In this document: positions 28,826-37,765 of the stretch, piece after piece | Position numbering within the stretch: position 1 is the stretch's first letter | How the letters are laid out: the number at the start of each line of letters is the position of its first letter | Assembly (NCBI GenBank): GCA_016185615.1 | Contig: JACPNE010000008.1 | Location: forward strand, 39,632 to 103,631 | Length of the DNA: 64,000 nucleotides | Reading direction: 5' to 3' | Source: Candidatus Woesearchaeota archaeon | GTDB lineage: Archaea; Nanobdellota; Nanobdellia; SCGC-AAA011-G17; JACPNG01 | Notes under the pieces: model-generated | Told to the model about the DNA's origin: nothing | The model's database searches: none | Seen by the model: only the letters and a program-made list of their open reading frames with translations | Made by a program: the position numbers and the translations under genes

Positions 28826-30037
28826 ATGAAATTTGAAGATTTTAAATTAAGTAATGAATTATTAAGAAATATAAAAGAAATAGGTTATGAAGAGCCTACA
28901 GACATCCAATCAAGATCAATTCCATTAATAATAGAAGGAAAAGATGTCATAGGGGAATCAGCTACAGGCTCTGGAAAAACATTAGCATTCGGGGCTATAA
29001 TAGCAGAAAAAGTAATTCCAAATCAAGGGATACAAGCTTTAGTTATAACCCCAACAAGAGAATTAGCTAACCAAGTTAAAGATTCCTTAAAATTAATCTC
29101 AAAGCACAAAAATCTTAACATAACAGCAATTTATGGAGGAGTAGCAATAGAGCCTCAAATGAATATCTTAAGAAGAGCAGAAGTTGTTGTTTCCACTCCT
29201 GGAAGATTATGTGATCATTTACAAAGAAATACTGTTAATCTTTCAAAAGTTAATATTCTTGTATTAGATGAGGCTGACAGGATGTTTGAGATGGGTTTTA
29301 TAGAAGATATTGAAACCATAATAAAATCATGTCCGAGAGAAAGACAAAATCTATTCTTCTCAGCTACTATCTCAGATAACATAAGAAAATTAGCTAGAAA
29401 ATATATGAATGATCCTGTAAAAGTCTCAGCTAATAATATAGTAGATCCAGAAAAATTAAAACAAGTCTATTATAACATAACAAGGGGGATGAAATTATCA
29501 TTATTAGTTTATTTATTGGAGCATGAGAAAGCTGGATTAGTTATGGTATTCTGCAACACTAGAAGGAATGTTGATTTCATAGTTAAGAATTTACAGCATA
29601 ATAAAGTAAAGGCAATAGCAATCCACGGAGGATTGTCACAAAATAAGAGAAACAACACAATTGAATTGTTCAATGATGCTAAAGTCCAAGTTTTAGTATG
29701 CACAGATGTCGCTTCAAGGGGATTGCATATTGATAATGTTTCTCATGTCTACAATTATGACATTCCAAAGAATCCAAAAGACTATGTCCATAGGATTGGA
29801 AGAACTGCTAGAGCAGGAGAGGAAGGAAAAGTAATTAATATTCTATCTGAGGAAGATCATCCAAACATGTCTGCTATCTTAAAAGAATATACTTTCAAGA
29901 TTGAAAAGATGGAAAAAGTGATGATTGAAAGGGTAAACACAATAAGAATAGAGGAGCAAAGAAATTTTAGAAGGGTTCCATTCCATAACAAATTCAAGAG
30001 AGGATTCTCAAGACAAAGGCAATACTCCAGACATTAA
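28826..30037 (+). CDS. DEAD-box RNA helicase
   Basis: ATGSGKT, PTRELA, TPGRL, DEAD, SAT, YVHRIGRTARAG. Confidence 0.97.
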   Translation: MKFEDFKLSNELLRNIKEIGYEEPTDIQSRSIPLIIEGKDVIGESATGSGKTLAFGAIIAEKVIPNQGIQALVITPTRELANQVKDSLKLISKHKNLNITAIYGGVAIEPQMNILRRAEVVVSTPGRLCDHLQRNTVNLSKVNILVLDEADRMFEMGFIEDIETIIKSCPRERQNLFFSATISDNIRKLARKYMNDPVKVSANNIVDPEKLKQVYYNITRGMKLSLLVYLLEHEKAGLVMVFCNTRRNVDFIVKNLQHNKVKAIAIHGGLSQNKRNNTIELFNDAKVQVLVCTDVASRGLHIDNVSHVYNYDIPKNPKDYVHRIGRTARAGEEGKVINILSEEDHPNMSAILKEYTFKIEKMEKVMIERVNTIRIEEQRNFRRVPFHNKFKRGFSRQRQYSRH

Positions 30038-30087
30038 TTATATTCATACATAAAAATTTATTAAGTTATAAAATAAATAATAGATTA

Positions 30088-30354
30088 ATGTATGAATTGG
30101 AGATATCAACTTCTAAAATTGAAAAGAGGCTCAATAATTTCTTACAAAAATATCCAGCAATAAAAAGTAAACTAAAGAGATTACAACAAGATCCAAGAAG
30201 ATCAATAAACGCACACTCACTTCATGGAGAATTTGAAGGGTTATGGAGTTGTCATTTGAGCAGAAATCCAGATATAGTGATGGTTTATTTTATAGATGAT
30301 AAGAACAAAAAGATAGGTATATTAAGGGTTGGATCTCATACTGAAGTCTATTAA
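30088..30354 (+). CDS. RelE/YafQ-like mRNA interferase toxin
   Basis: AHSLHGEFEGLWSCHL...MVYFID...LRVGSHTEVY. Confidence 0.88.
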   Translation: MYELEISTSKIEKRLNNFLQKYPAIKSKLKRLQQDPRRSINAHSLHGEFEGLWSCHLSRNPDIVMVYFIDDKNKKIGILRVGSHTEVY

Positions 30355-30500
30355 ATAGAAAAAGATTTACCTTTGCCTTGTTTAAATGCTCTCAAACTCT
30401 CCTTTATCTCTTCAACAACTTGGGAATTTCTTAGCATTTTAAGCTCTTCTTCCATTGATTCTAATTTCTTTTTAGAGATATTTACCATTTCTTGCACCAT
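30351..30500 (-). CDS. 49-aa RelB/YefM C-terminus-like antitoxin, convergent with the toxin
   Basis: MVQEMVNISKKKLESMEEELKMLRNSQVVEEIKESLRAFKQGKGKSFSI*; own TATA-like box upstream; not in the ORF track. Confidence 0.7.
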   Translation of the reverse strand: MVQEMVNISKKKLESMEEELKMLRNSQVVEEIKESLRAFKQGKGKSFSI

Positions 30501-30562
30501 ATTAGATAAAGAGATTAATAGTTTATATAATTTACTATAAATATAATGTTACCCATAATTAA

Positions 30563-30763
30563 CTACATTCCAAGCAGTTTATAGACTAAAAATGCAGGCC
30601 ATACAATAGATTTTAGGATTGCAATTACTACTCCCCAAAATCCTGTTGATTGTTGTATATAATAAATTGCTGCTCCTACAGCACCCAAGCAATAAACCCC
30701 TCCTGAACTTTTATATACAACCTTAGTTCCTTTCCAGTCTTTCCACTTTTTTTTCATTTTCAT
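30563..30763 (-). CDS. Small membrane protein
   Basis: GGVYCLGAVGAAIYYIQ...GFWG...ILKSIVWPAFLVY. Confidence 0.75.
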   Translation of the reverse strand: MKMKKKWKDWKGTKVVYKSSGGVYCLGAVGAAIYYIQQSTGFWGVVIAILKSIVWPAFLVYKLLGM

Positions 30764-31140
30764 TTCTTCTTCAACAATGGATTATACTTGTCCCATTCTA
30801 TATAAGCTATAAATATATTTAATAAGGAAAATATCAAACCAGGAATAATTGACTTCAAATCATAAAAGATATGGAACAATAGAATATTAACAAGTATTGG
30901 AGCTAATAATATAGTGCCAAGTGCAACATACATTCCTGAAACAAACATCAATCCAACAACAATAAAAATTATTCCAATAACTGGATTTATGTACCCAGTA
31001 GAAGCTAATGATTCTAAGAATGATCTTGCTTCAGGAGAATAAAAATCTGGAATTGGCAAGTTCAAAAAGGACATTCCACCAAATACAATCAATCCCAATC
31101 CAAATAAGATCCTAACAGCAATTATTATTTTATTATTCAT
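30760..31140 (-). CDS. DoxX-like membrane protein
   Basis: RILFGLGLIVFG...LASTGYI...LAPILVNILLFH; four TM helices. Confidence 0.8.
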   Translation of the reverse strand: MNNKIIIAVRILFGLGLIVFGGMSFLNLPIPDFYSPEARSFLESLASTGYINPVIGIIFIVVGLMFVSGMYVALGTILLAPILVNILLFHIFYDLKSIIPGLIFSLLNIFIAYIEWDKYNPLLKKK

Positions 31141-31191
31141 TAAAAAGATATAAACTTAGAATTATTAAATATTTTGGGTTAAAAACAGAGT

Positions 31192-32514
31192 TTATACATT
31201 AACATTCTTTCCATCTTCCATTATCTTTACTTCTTTTTTTGAATAACCCATATCAAATGCTAAAGAAGCCAGATTATTTAATTTTTCCAAAGGACCATGC
31301 GCTGGAATTATGCACTTTGGCTTAACCATATTTATCAAATCTCTTAAGTCTTCCCTATAAGCATGTCCAGAGCTATGAACATCCTTGAATACTCGAACAT
31401 GCTTATTTTTCAATTCCCTTTCTAATTTATCCCTATTTCTGATGTTAATCTCAGCTGGAATTGTTCTATTGGAAAATATAACATGATCCTCTTTCATTAG
31501 TTCAAATGGCAATTGCCTTGAAGCTAATCTATCTAGGATAGATCCTGGCTCTCCTTGCCCCCCAGTGCATACAATTACATATTTATTTCTATTTTTATTA
31601 ATCTCTTTTAATTTTCTTTTAACCTTATCAGAATATCCAATAACATCTGCCTTCTTTGAGAAATTTACTAATTTCAAAGATTCAGCTGCATCAATATACT
31701 TCATCATTGACCTTCCAAGAAATACAACCTTTCGGTTTAATTTTTCTCCGAATTCGGCCATTGATTTTAATCTAGAAATATGAGAAGCGAATGTTGTAGC
31801 TATTATTGCATTTTCTGAACTTTCAACTCCAAGCATAACATCTTTTAGCATCTCCTTGGCTACTTTCTCAGAAGGGGTCTTTCCTTCCTGATGGGCATAT
31901 AAAGATTCTACAACAAGAGCAATTACATTCTCTTTTCCAAGCTGTTTCAATCTTTTGTAATTTGGTTTTTTCTGGATTACAGGAGAATTGTCAAACTTAA
32001 AATCATTAGCATATAAGATAGTTCCTTCTTTTGTATGCAAAGCAACTAAAGATGTTTGTAAAGTAGAATGAGTCATATGAATAAACTCAACATCAATATT
32101 ATCCAACTTATAAGTAGAATTAGGATTCACCCCAATTAATTTATTATTTAACTTGACCCTTTCATTGATTAACTCATGTTTCAATACTTCCATTGTATAC
32201 GGAGTTCCAAGTATGGGCGCATCATAATGGGGGGCTAAGAAAGAGGTAGCTCCAATATGATCCAAATGGCAATGCCCAAGAACAATGCCTTTTACTTTAT
32301 CTTTTAAAGGTTGTAATATCTTATCATTAGGAATTGCTCCTAATTTTATCAATCCCTCTGTTGTAAGATTTCTTCTCTCTCCCCCGCCCTCTTCAAAGTC
32401 TACTAAAGCCGGGAGAAACATTCCCATATCTAATATGATAATAGAATCATTTACTTTCACAGCTGACATATTCTTGCCAACCTCGCTATAGCCGCCAACA
32501 CTGAAAAATTCCAT
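31192..32514 (-). CDS. rnj: Ribonuclease J (beta-CASP)
   Basis: GGYSEVGKNM, HCHLDHIG, THS, TTFASHISR, TGGQGEP, VHSSGH, PAHG. Confidence 0.95.
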   Translation of the reverse strand: MEFFSVGGYSEVGKNMSAVKVNDSIIILDMGMFLPALVDFEEGGGERRNLTTEGLIKLGAIPNDKILQPLKDKVKGIVLGHCHLDHIGATSFLAPHYDAPILGTPYTMEVLKHELINERVKLNNKLIGVNPNSTYKLDNIDVEFIHMTHSTLQTSLVALHTKEGTILYANDFKFDNSPVIQKKPNYKRLKQLGKENVIALVVESLYAHQEGKTPSEKVAKEMLKDVMLGVESSENAIIATTFASHISRLKSMAEFGEKLNRKVVFLGRSMMKYIDAAESLKLVNFSKKADVIGYSDKVKRKLKEINKNRNKYVIVCTGGQGEPGSILDRLASRQLPFELMKEDHVIFSNRTIPAEINIRNRDKLERELKNKHVRVFKDVHSSGHAYREDLRDLINMVKPKCIIPAHGPLEKLNNLASLAFDMGYSKKEVKIMEDGKNVNV

Positions 32515-32594
32515 TTCTAAATGAAAAGAAAAAGGGTTTTTATATTTATTGGATTATAACAAAGCTTTATAATTATAATAAAATTAAAGTCTAA

Positions 32595-32945
32595 ATGGTT
32601 GAATTTTATGAGTCTAAGAATATTGAGATGAGATTTACCCCACACATTATATTCACAATAGTTGATAGGATATATGGATATTGTCGTGAAGAAACCTCTA
32701 AATTTGATATATCAGTATCCAATTTGCAAGATCACGGATTTACTTATGCAACGGGCTCAGGAAGAATAATTGAGATAAATGCAGAAATAAGGGATCAAGA
32801 AAATAGAAGTAAATATGCTACTTTAGCAACATTAACTTTAAGTGAGGACAACAGTGAATTAGTATTGAAGATAAATTCACATAAAGGACTTATGGCTGAT
32901 CCTGAAAAATTGGTAGAATCATTAAAACCTTACAAAAAGAGATGA
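32595..32945 (+). CDS. Hypothetical protein, paralogue A
   Basis: Shares S.NIE, YC.EET, EL.L.I and DP.KL with the next ORF. Confidence 0.7.
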   Translation: MVEFYESKNIEMRFTPHIIFTIVDRIYGYCREETSKFDISVSNLQDHGFTYATGSGRIIEINAEIRDQENRSKYATLATLTLSEDNSELVLKINSHKGLMADPEKLVESLKPYKKR

Positions 32946-33010
32946 TTTATTTTTTTTAAACGTTGAATTTTTATTAAGAATATTTTTATAATTGAAAATA
33001 ACATAATTTA

Positions 33011-33376
33011 GTGTCTGCCTATCATCAATCTGAAAATATAGAAATTAAGCTGGATCCAAGAAGAATACTTGGAATTATGGATTCAATAGATAAATATTGT
33101 CATGAAGAAACAAGGCAATATATGTTAAATAGATTAGAAGGAAAAGAATATGCTGTCACTGATTGGAATCTTAAGGGAAGGGTTGTAGTAGTTTATTCAC
33201 AAACAATAAATCCCAAAAAGAGCAATAAAAAAAATAATAAAAAAATTGTCCTAGCTGAACTCGAGTGGGGAGCAGATCTCAATGAACTAATATTAAGAAT
33301 ATATGCCAATAAAAGGGTCTTAGTCGATCCTAAAAAGTTAGAGAAGATTGTAAGAAAAGCAAATATGTATGATTAG
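33011..33376 (+). CDS. Hypothetical protein, paralogue B
   Basis: Tandem paralogue of 32595-32945; GTG start. Confidence 0.7.
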   Translation: MSAYHQSENIEIKLDPRRILGIMDSIDKYCHEETRQYMLNRLEGKEYAVTDWNLKGRVVVVYSQTINPKKSNKKNNKKIVLAELEWGADLNELILRIYANKRVLVDPKKLEKIVRKANMYD

Positions 33377-33386
33377 TTTATATCTT

Positions 33387-33659
33387 TTAATACCGGTTAT
33401 TTTTAACATAAACTGCTACATATCCATCACCAAGTGGTTCTCCATGAGAATTAAAAGCGAGTTTTACAAGTTTTACCATTCCAAATCCATACTTAAGTTC
33501 ATGCTCTAATAATATACTGTCTTCTGTTCGATAGACCCTTCTTTTCCCATTTCCGCCATCAGACACCATACAGTTTAACAAGAAATCCCAGCCTTGTTTT
33601 TCTAGTTCCTTTTCTAGATTACTTTTAACCCTTTGTCTCTGCCTGCTCTCTACTCTCAT
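33387..33659 (-). CDS. Hypothetical protein
   Basis: 90-aa ORF. Confidence 0.55.
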   Translation of the reverse strand: MRVESRQRQRVKSNLEKELEKQGWDFLLNCMVSDGGNGKRRVYRTEDSILLEHELKYGFGMVKLVKLAFNSHGEPLGDGYVAVYVKNNRY

Positions 33660-33701
33660 GTTAATGCATTATGAATGGAAAAAATCTGTTTATAAGGCTT
33701 A

Positions 33702-34049
33702 TCATAATTTAGTTGATTTGAGCTTTGAGGGGGTTGTGATATACCACCCATACTTTTCATCACCCTTATCTGAAATAATTCCATGACTTATAAGAAGTTC
33801 TGTATAAACCCCAGTACCAAATATTCTGATGTTATCTAATGTTTGATCATAAAATTTTCTGGCTGGTTTTTTGTCAAACTCCCCTTTAAAATCATAGACA
33901 CAAACACATACCCCATCAAATTCCATCTTATGTATGGAAGGATGGTTCAAAAGAATTTTTCCATATTCTAGAATTTCAGTCCTTAGATCGCCATTACTCA
34001 TATGACCATTATTTAAACTCTTAAAATGAGCAGCCATAACATCCAGCAA
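33702..34049 (-). CDS. Hypothetical protein
   Basis: 115-aa ORF, start uncertain. Confidence 0.5.
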   Translation of the reverse strand: MLDVMAAHFKSLNNGHMSNGDLRTEILEYGKILLNHPSIHKMEFDGVCVCVYDFKGEFDKKPARKFYDQTLDNIRIFGTGVYTELLISHGIISDKGDEKYGWYITTPSKLKSTKL

Positions 34050-34161
34050 GACATTCGAAAGTTCTTTGTTCCTTAGTAAGATTATACCCAGTCCTCATTC
34101 ATTGGCAAATTGCCTTTATCACGAGCATTAAATATCATATGATTCATATATAAACCTTACG

Positions 34162-34473
34162 TTAAAATTTTAATTTATCTCCCGGCTTAACTTTAATGGA
34201 ATGTGTAGACTCCAAAATATATTTTGCTTTTTTTCTCGGCATTACAAAGGGGGTAAATGGAAGGATATTATTTTTTATATCAACTACTTTTTTGTTTTTA
34301 TCAAGCCAGATAACATTTATCGGATAGAATACAAAGAACATGTCTATAGCTGAGTTTATCCTTGATTCTTCTCTTAATTCAAGTATAAGGATTTTGTTAT
34401 TTTTCCTTGAGAATCTCAATCCAATAAACCTAAGTATTGGGCTTCTATAAATTGTATAATTCTTCAGTTTCAT
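34162..34473 (-). CDS. DUF192/UPF0127 protein
   Basis: GLRFS, IDMFFVFYPINVIWLD, AKYILE, VKPGDKL. Confidence 0.9.
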   Translation of the reverse strand: MKLKNYTIYRSPILRFIGLRFSRKNNKILILELREESRINSAIDMFFVFYPINVIWLDKNKKVVDIKNNILPFTPFVMPRKKAKYILESTHSIKVKPGDKLKF

Positions 34474-34652
34474 TTATGCTTCAACAGATGCAACCTTTCC
34501 CTTGCTGCTGACAATAACATTAATACCAACCCAAATACTATTCCTAATGGATAAAGCCTTGGTACAAAGAAAGAAAAAATAATTAAGATAGCCCCTATAA
34601 AGAACATTGCCTCAAATGCCCTATGGCGATTCTTCATATAATTTTGATTCAT
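34470..34652 (-). CDS. Small two-TM membrane protein
   Basis: 60 aa, two hydrophobic segments, coupled to the DUF192 gene. Confidence 0.65.
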   Translation of the reverse strand: MNQNYMKNRHRAFEAMFFIGAILIIFSFFVPRLYPLGIVFGLVLMLLSAARERLHLLKHK

Positions 34653-34737
34653 TAATCATTTATTAACTCTTGTTTTACTTTTATAATAGTAAATTGAGTA
34701 AAGAAATAATTAAATATTAATTCATTAGAGTTAATGG

Positions 34738-36531
34738 ATGAAAAAGAGGAAAGTGACAAAAGAGAAGGATTTGGGAATAAAAAAGGAGCTGTCAATACTA
34801 GCTGTATTAACCTTATTTTTAATCATCTTCTTTTTGATAAAGCCGGATTATACCGGATATGTTATCTATCAGCCAAGCAATTATAGCTGGAGCCTGGATA
34901 ATCCTTCTGATTATGTTTATGATTCTAATTTGATAAACATAAGTAACGGAGAAGCATCTTTAATTCCAATAATAACAATTGAATCATGGACAACAACAAA
35001 TGAGATTGGATATAATGTACAGCAAGCATTAAGTAATGGGGAAGACAAGACAGAAAAAGTTAATGCATTAGGTGATAATAAAAAACATAAAATAAAACAG
35101 GACAAGATATTTGATGTAATATTCGACGGGGATTTGGCAAATGAGGACATAATCAATATCTACATAAATGATGGAGATGGTTCTGATGTTTATTTATGCG
35201 ATGCCTCTTTGTCATGCTCATCCCCTGGTTATGGATTAGTTCATTTCAATGAGGATCAAGAAGGGATGTATAGCATAACAATAGCAAATCTTCCATCACA
35301 ATCAAATTCATTCTCTATAAATGTACAAAATGAGGTAGAGGTTGATTATATAAATGCAACCCATTTTGAGATAATAAATCATGAATCGACAAATATTACC
35401 TATCCAAACTCAGCATCATTAGAGACAAATGATATGGGATTAACAACCCCCCATATATTATTCAGTTCAGAATATATGGGAGAGATAACCTATGAATATT
35501 CAATAGATTCTGGAAACAGTTGGATTAGTATTCCGGAGAATAATATTTCATTTGATAATCAAAGTAATATAAGATTCAAAGCCAATTTGATTAGCGACGG
35601 ATTATCAACCCCAGTATTAAACAGTTTCGGGATAGATTATAATTCAGAAATATGTGAAGAGTCATGGGCATGCACAGAATGGAATGAATGCTCCCAGGAT
35701 ACAAAAACCATGGCAAGAATATGTACTGATGCAAACGTTTGCGGAACATTAACAATTAAGCCAGCAGAAACAATTGACTGCTTCCCGGATTATTATGATA
35801 TAGACAATATGGATATATTATCGATAGAAGCAAACAAATTGACAAAGATAAACAAGACAGATGTTGTTATAGACTTATTGACAACAGAGAATATAACCGG
35901 ATCAAGACTAACTATAGAATTATATGAAGAGCATAATAGCACTAAGCCAAAGCCATCATTGAAATTTGTAGATATCGAGGGTAATCAGTCATTGATAGAA
36001 TCATTAAACTCAACAAGCGTAAAGATTTATTATACAGATGAGGAAATAAAAAATCTTAATTTGTATGAGGACTCATTAAAAATATATTATTACAATGAGA
36101 ATTTATCAAGCTGGGAAGCCCTTGAATCAACAGTAAATACAGAAGAGAATTATGTTGAGGTTAATCTAACCCATTTTAGTACTTATGGGCTATTTGGGGA
36201 GAATATAGAGCAAGATAATCCTCCCCAAACATCAAGCTCAAGTAGTGGAAAGAAAAAAGAATCTGTTATAACAAATAATGTTGAGCAGCAAGAGCAAGAA
36301 AATGTAATAGAGAAAGATGTTAAAGAACAAGAAGAATCAACAATTTTTGAGCCTGAAAAAAGCGCACAAATAGAAGAAATATCCGAACAGCCATCTGAAA
36401 TAACGGGACAAGCAGCAAGAGAAATAAACAATCAGGACATGAGATTAGTTGTTGCAGCAATAATAATTTTAGCCATAGCCTCTGTATTCATGTTAAAAGA
36501 ATTATATCCATTTTCTAAGCTTAAAAAATAA
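34738..36531 (+). CDS. Large acidic cell-surface glycoprotein (PGF-pre-PGF/S-layer-like)
   Basis: TM with TGYVI, CEESWACTEWNECS...CTDANVCGT module, LKIYYYNE...W...LTHFSTYGLFG, ITGQA plus C-terminal TM, many N-x-S/T sequons. Confidence 0.8.
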   Translation: MKKRKVTKEKDLGIKKELSILAVLTLFLIIFFLIKPDYTGYVIYQPSNYSWSLDNPSDYVYDSNLINISNGEASLIPIITIESWTTTNEIGYNVQQALSNGEDKTEKVNALGDNKKHKIKQDKIFDVIFDGDLANEDIINIYINDGDGSDVYLCDASLSCSSPGYGLVHFNEDQEGMYSITIANLPSQSNSFSINVQNEVEVDYINATHFEIINHESTNITYPNSASLETNDMGLTTPHILFSSEYMGEITYEYSIDSGNSWISIPENNISFDNQSNIRFKANLISDGLSTPVLNSFGIDYNSEICEESWACTEWNECSQDTKTMARICTDANVCGTLTIKPAETIDCFPDYYDIDNMDILSIEANKLTKINKTDVVIDLLTTENITGSRLTIELYEEHNSTKPKPSLKFVDIEGNQSLIESLNSTSVKIYYTDEEIKNLNLYEDSLKIYYYNENLSSWEALESTVNTEENYVEVNLTHFSTYGLFGENIEQDNPPQTSSSSSGKKKESVITNNVEQQEQENVIEKDVKEQEESTIFEPEKSAQIEEISEQPSEITGQAAREINNQDMRLVVAAIIILAIASVFMLKELYPFSKLKK

Positions 36532-37410
36532 AAGCATAATAGTAACAGAAAGTATCATAATCCCAAGAGAAATCCAAAATCCATAGTCACTCTGTGATAA
36601 GGGTAATACTCTAAAATTCATCCCATATATTCCTGTTATAAGCATAGGCATCAATAATAATGATGCTATTACAGTAAAACTTTTCATAACCTCATTAAGC
36701 TTGTTTGAGATAGAACTTAGATGGATTTCAAGCACACTTGTCAATCTATCCTTTATTAATTCCTCTGTATCAATAAGCTGTGATATCTCTATGAACATCA
36801 TATTAAACATATCTTTCTCTTTCAACAAAGGAACATTTCCTTTAACAATAATTTCTATAACCTCTCTGTTGCTTGTCAATGCTTTCCTTAGATAGATCAT
36901 GCTTTTCTTCAATACAAACATCTGTTCCATGTTACTATCCAATTTTATGGCCTTCTCCTCTACATGATCTAATTTAATATCAAGATCTTCAATTATTCTT
37001 GAGAAGTCTCTTATCAATCCTAATATTATCTCATATACAATATGATTTAGCTCATGATGGAGATGAGATTCTTGCTCTATTAATGATTTAAGGGATGGTA
37101 TCTCATCTTTATGTATAGTAATTATAAAATGCTTTGAAACTATTACCCCTATTGGAGAGATTGATGTGCCGTTCGTAGCCCTTAAGATGATTAAGCTGTA
37201 TTTATCCCTTATGTCTACTCTTGGTTTTTCCCTTGAGTCTAAGGTATATTTAAGGTCGTTCAAGCTTATCTTTATCTTCCTGTTTATCTTATTGATCTCA
37301 TCGCTATTTGGATTAATTACGTCAATCCAGTAAAAATTCTTTGATATGTTTACCCTATCAAAGTCTAGAAGTACTGACCCTTTTTTTGAAATGCTCAATG
37401 CATGAAGCAT
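36502..37410 (-). CDS. corA: CorA-family Mg2+ transporter
   Basis: WIDVINP, NKLNEVMK, ITGIYGMNF, two C-terminal TM helices. Confidence 0.95.
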   Translation of the reverse strand: MLHALSISKKGSVLLDFDRVNISKNFYWIDVINPNSDEINKINRKIKISLNDLKYTLDSREKPRVDIRDKYSLIILRATNGTSISPIGVIVSKHFIITIHKDEIPSLKSLIEQESHLHHELNHIVYEIILGLIRDFSRIIEDLDIKLDHVEEKAIKLDSNMEQMFVLKKSMIYLRKALTSNREVIEIIVKGNVPLLKEKDMFNMMFIEISQLIDTEELIKDRLTSVLEIHLSSISNKLNEVMKSFTVIASLLLMPMLITGIYGMNFRVLPLSQSDYGFWISLGIMILSVTIMLLFFKLRKWI

Positions 37411-37441
37411 AAAATGAATATAATTTTACCCATATAAATAT

Positions 37442-37765
37442 TTATTGATTAATCTCTCTCAGATGAATCAATCCTAATAAGAAAGTTAATGCTGCTATTG
37501 GGATTATCATAAGCTCTATTCCTATCAATAATGAATTAACAGGCAATGCATCAATGAAGTCATCAACAGCATTGAATATCCCGGCTGATAATAATGAATC
37601 AAAAGCAATTACAACTGCTATGAAGAACATTCCCATTAATATTAAGTTTATGACATCATTGGCCTTCTCATTCTCAAATCTCTTGGATCTTATTATCAAG
37701 AATATTGCAATTATGATTAATATTAATGATCCAAAGTTTAACCCAAACAATATTTCATCTATCAT
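37442..37765 (-). CDS. Three-TM membrane protein
   Basis: Hydrophobic 107 aa, ATGA-coupled to the upstream gene. Confidence 0.7.
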   Translation of the reverse strand: MIDEILFGLNFGSLILIIIAIFLIIRSKRFENEKANDVINLILMGMFFIAVVIAFDSLLSAGIFNAVDDFIDALPVNSLLIGIELMIIPIAALTFLLGLIHLREINQ

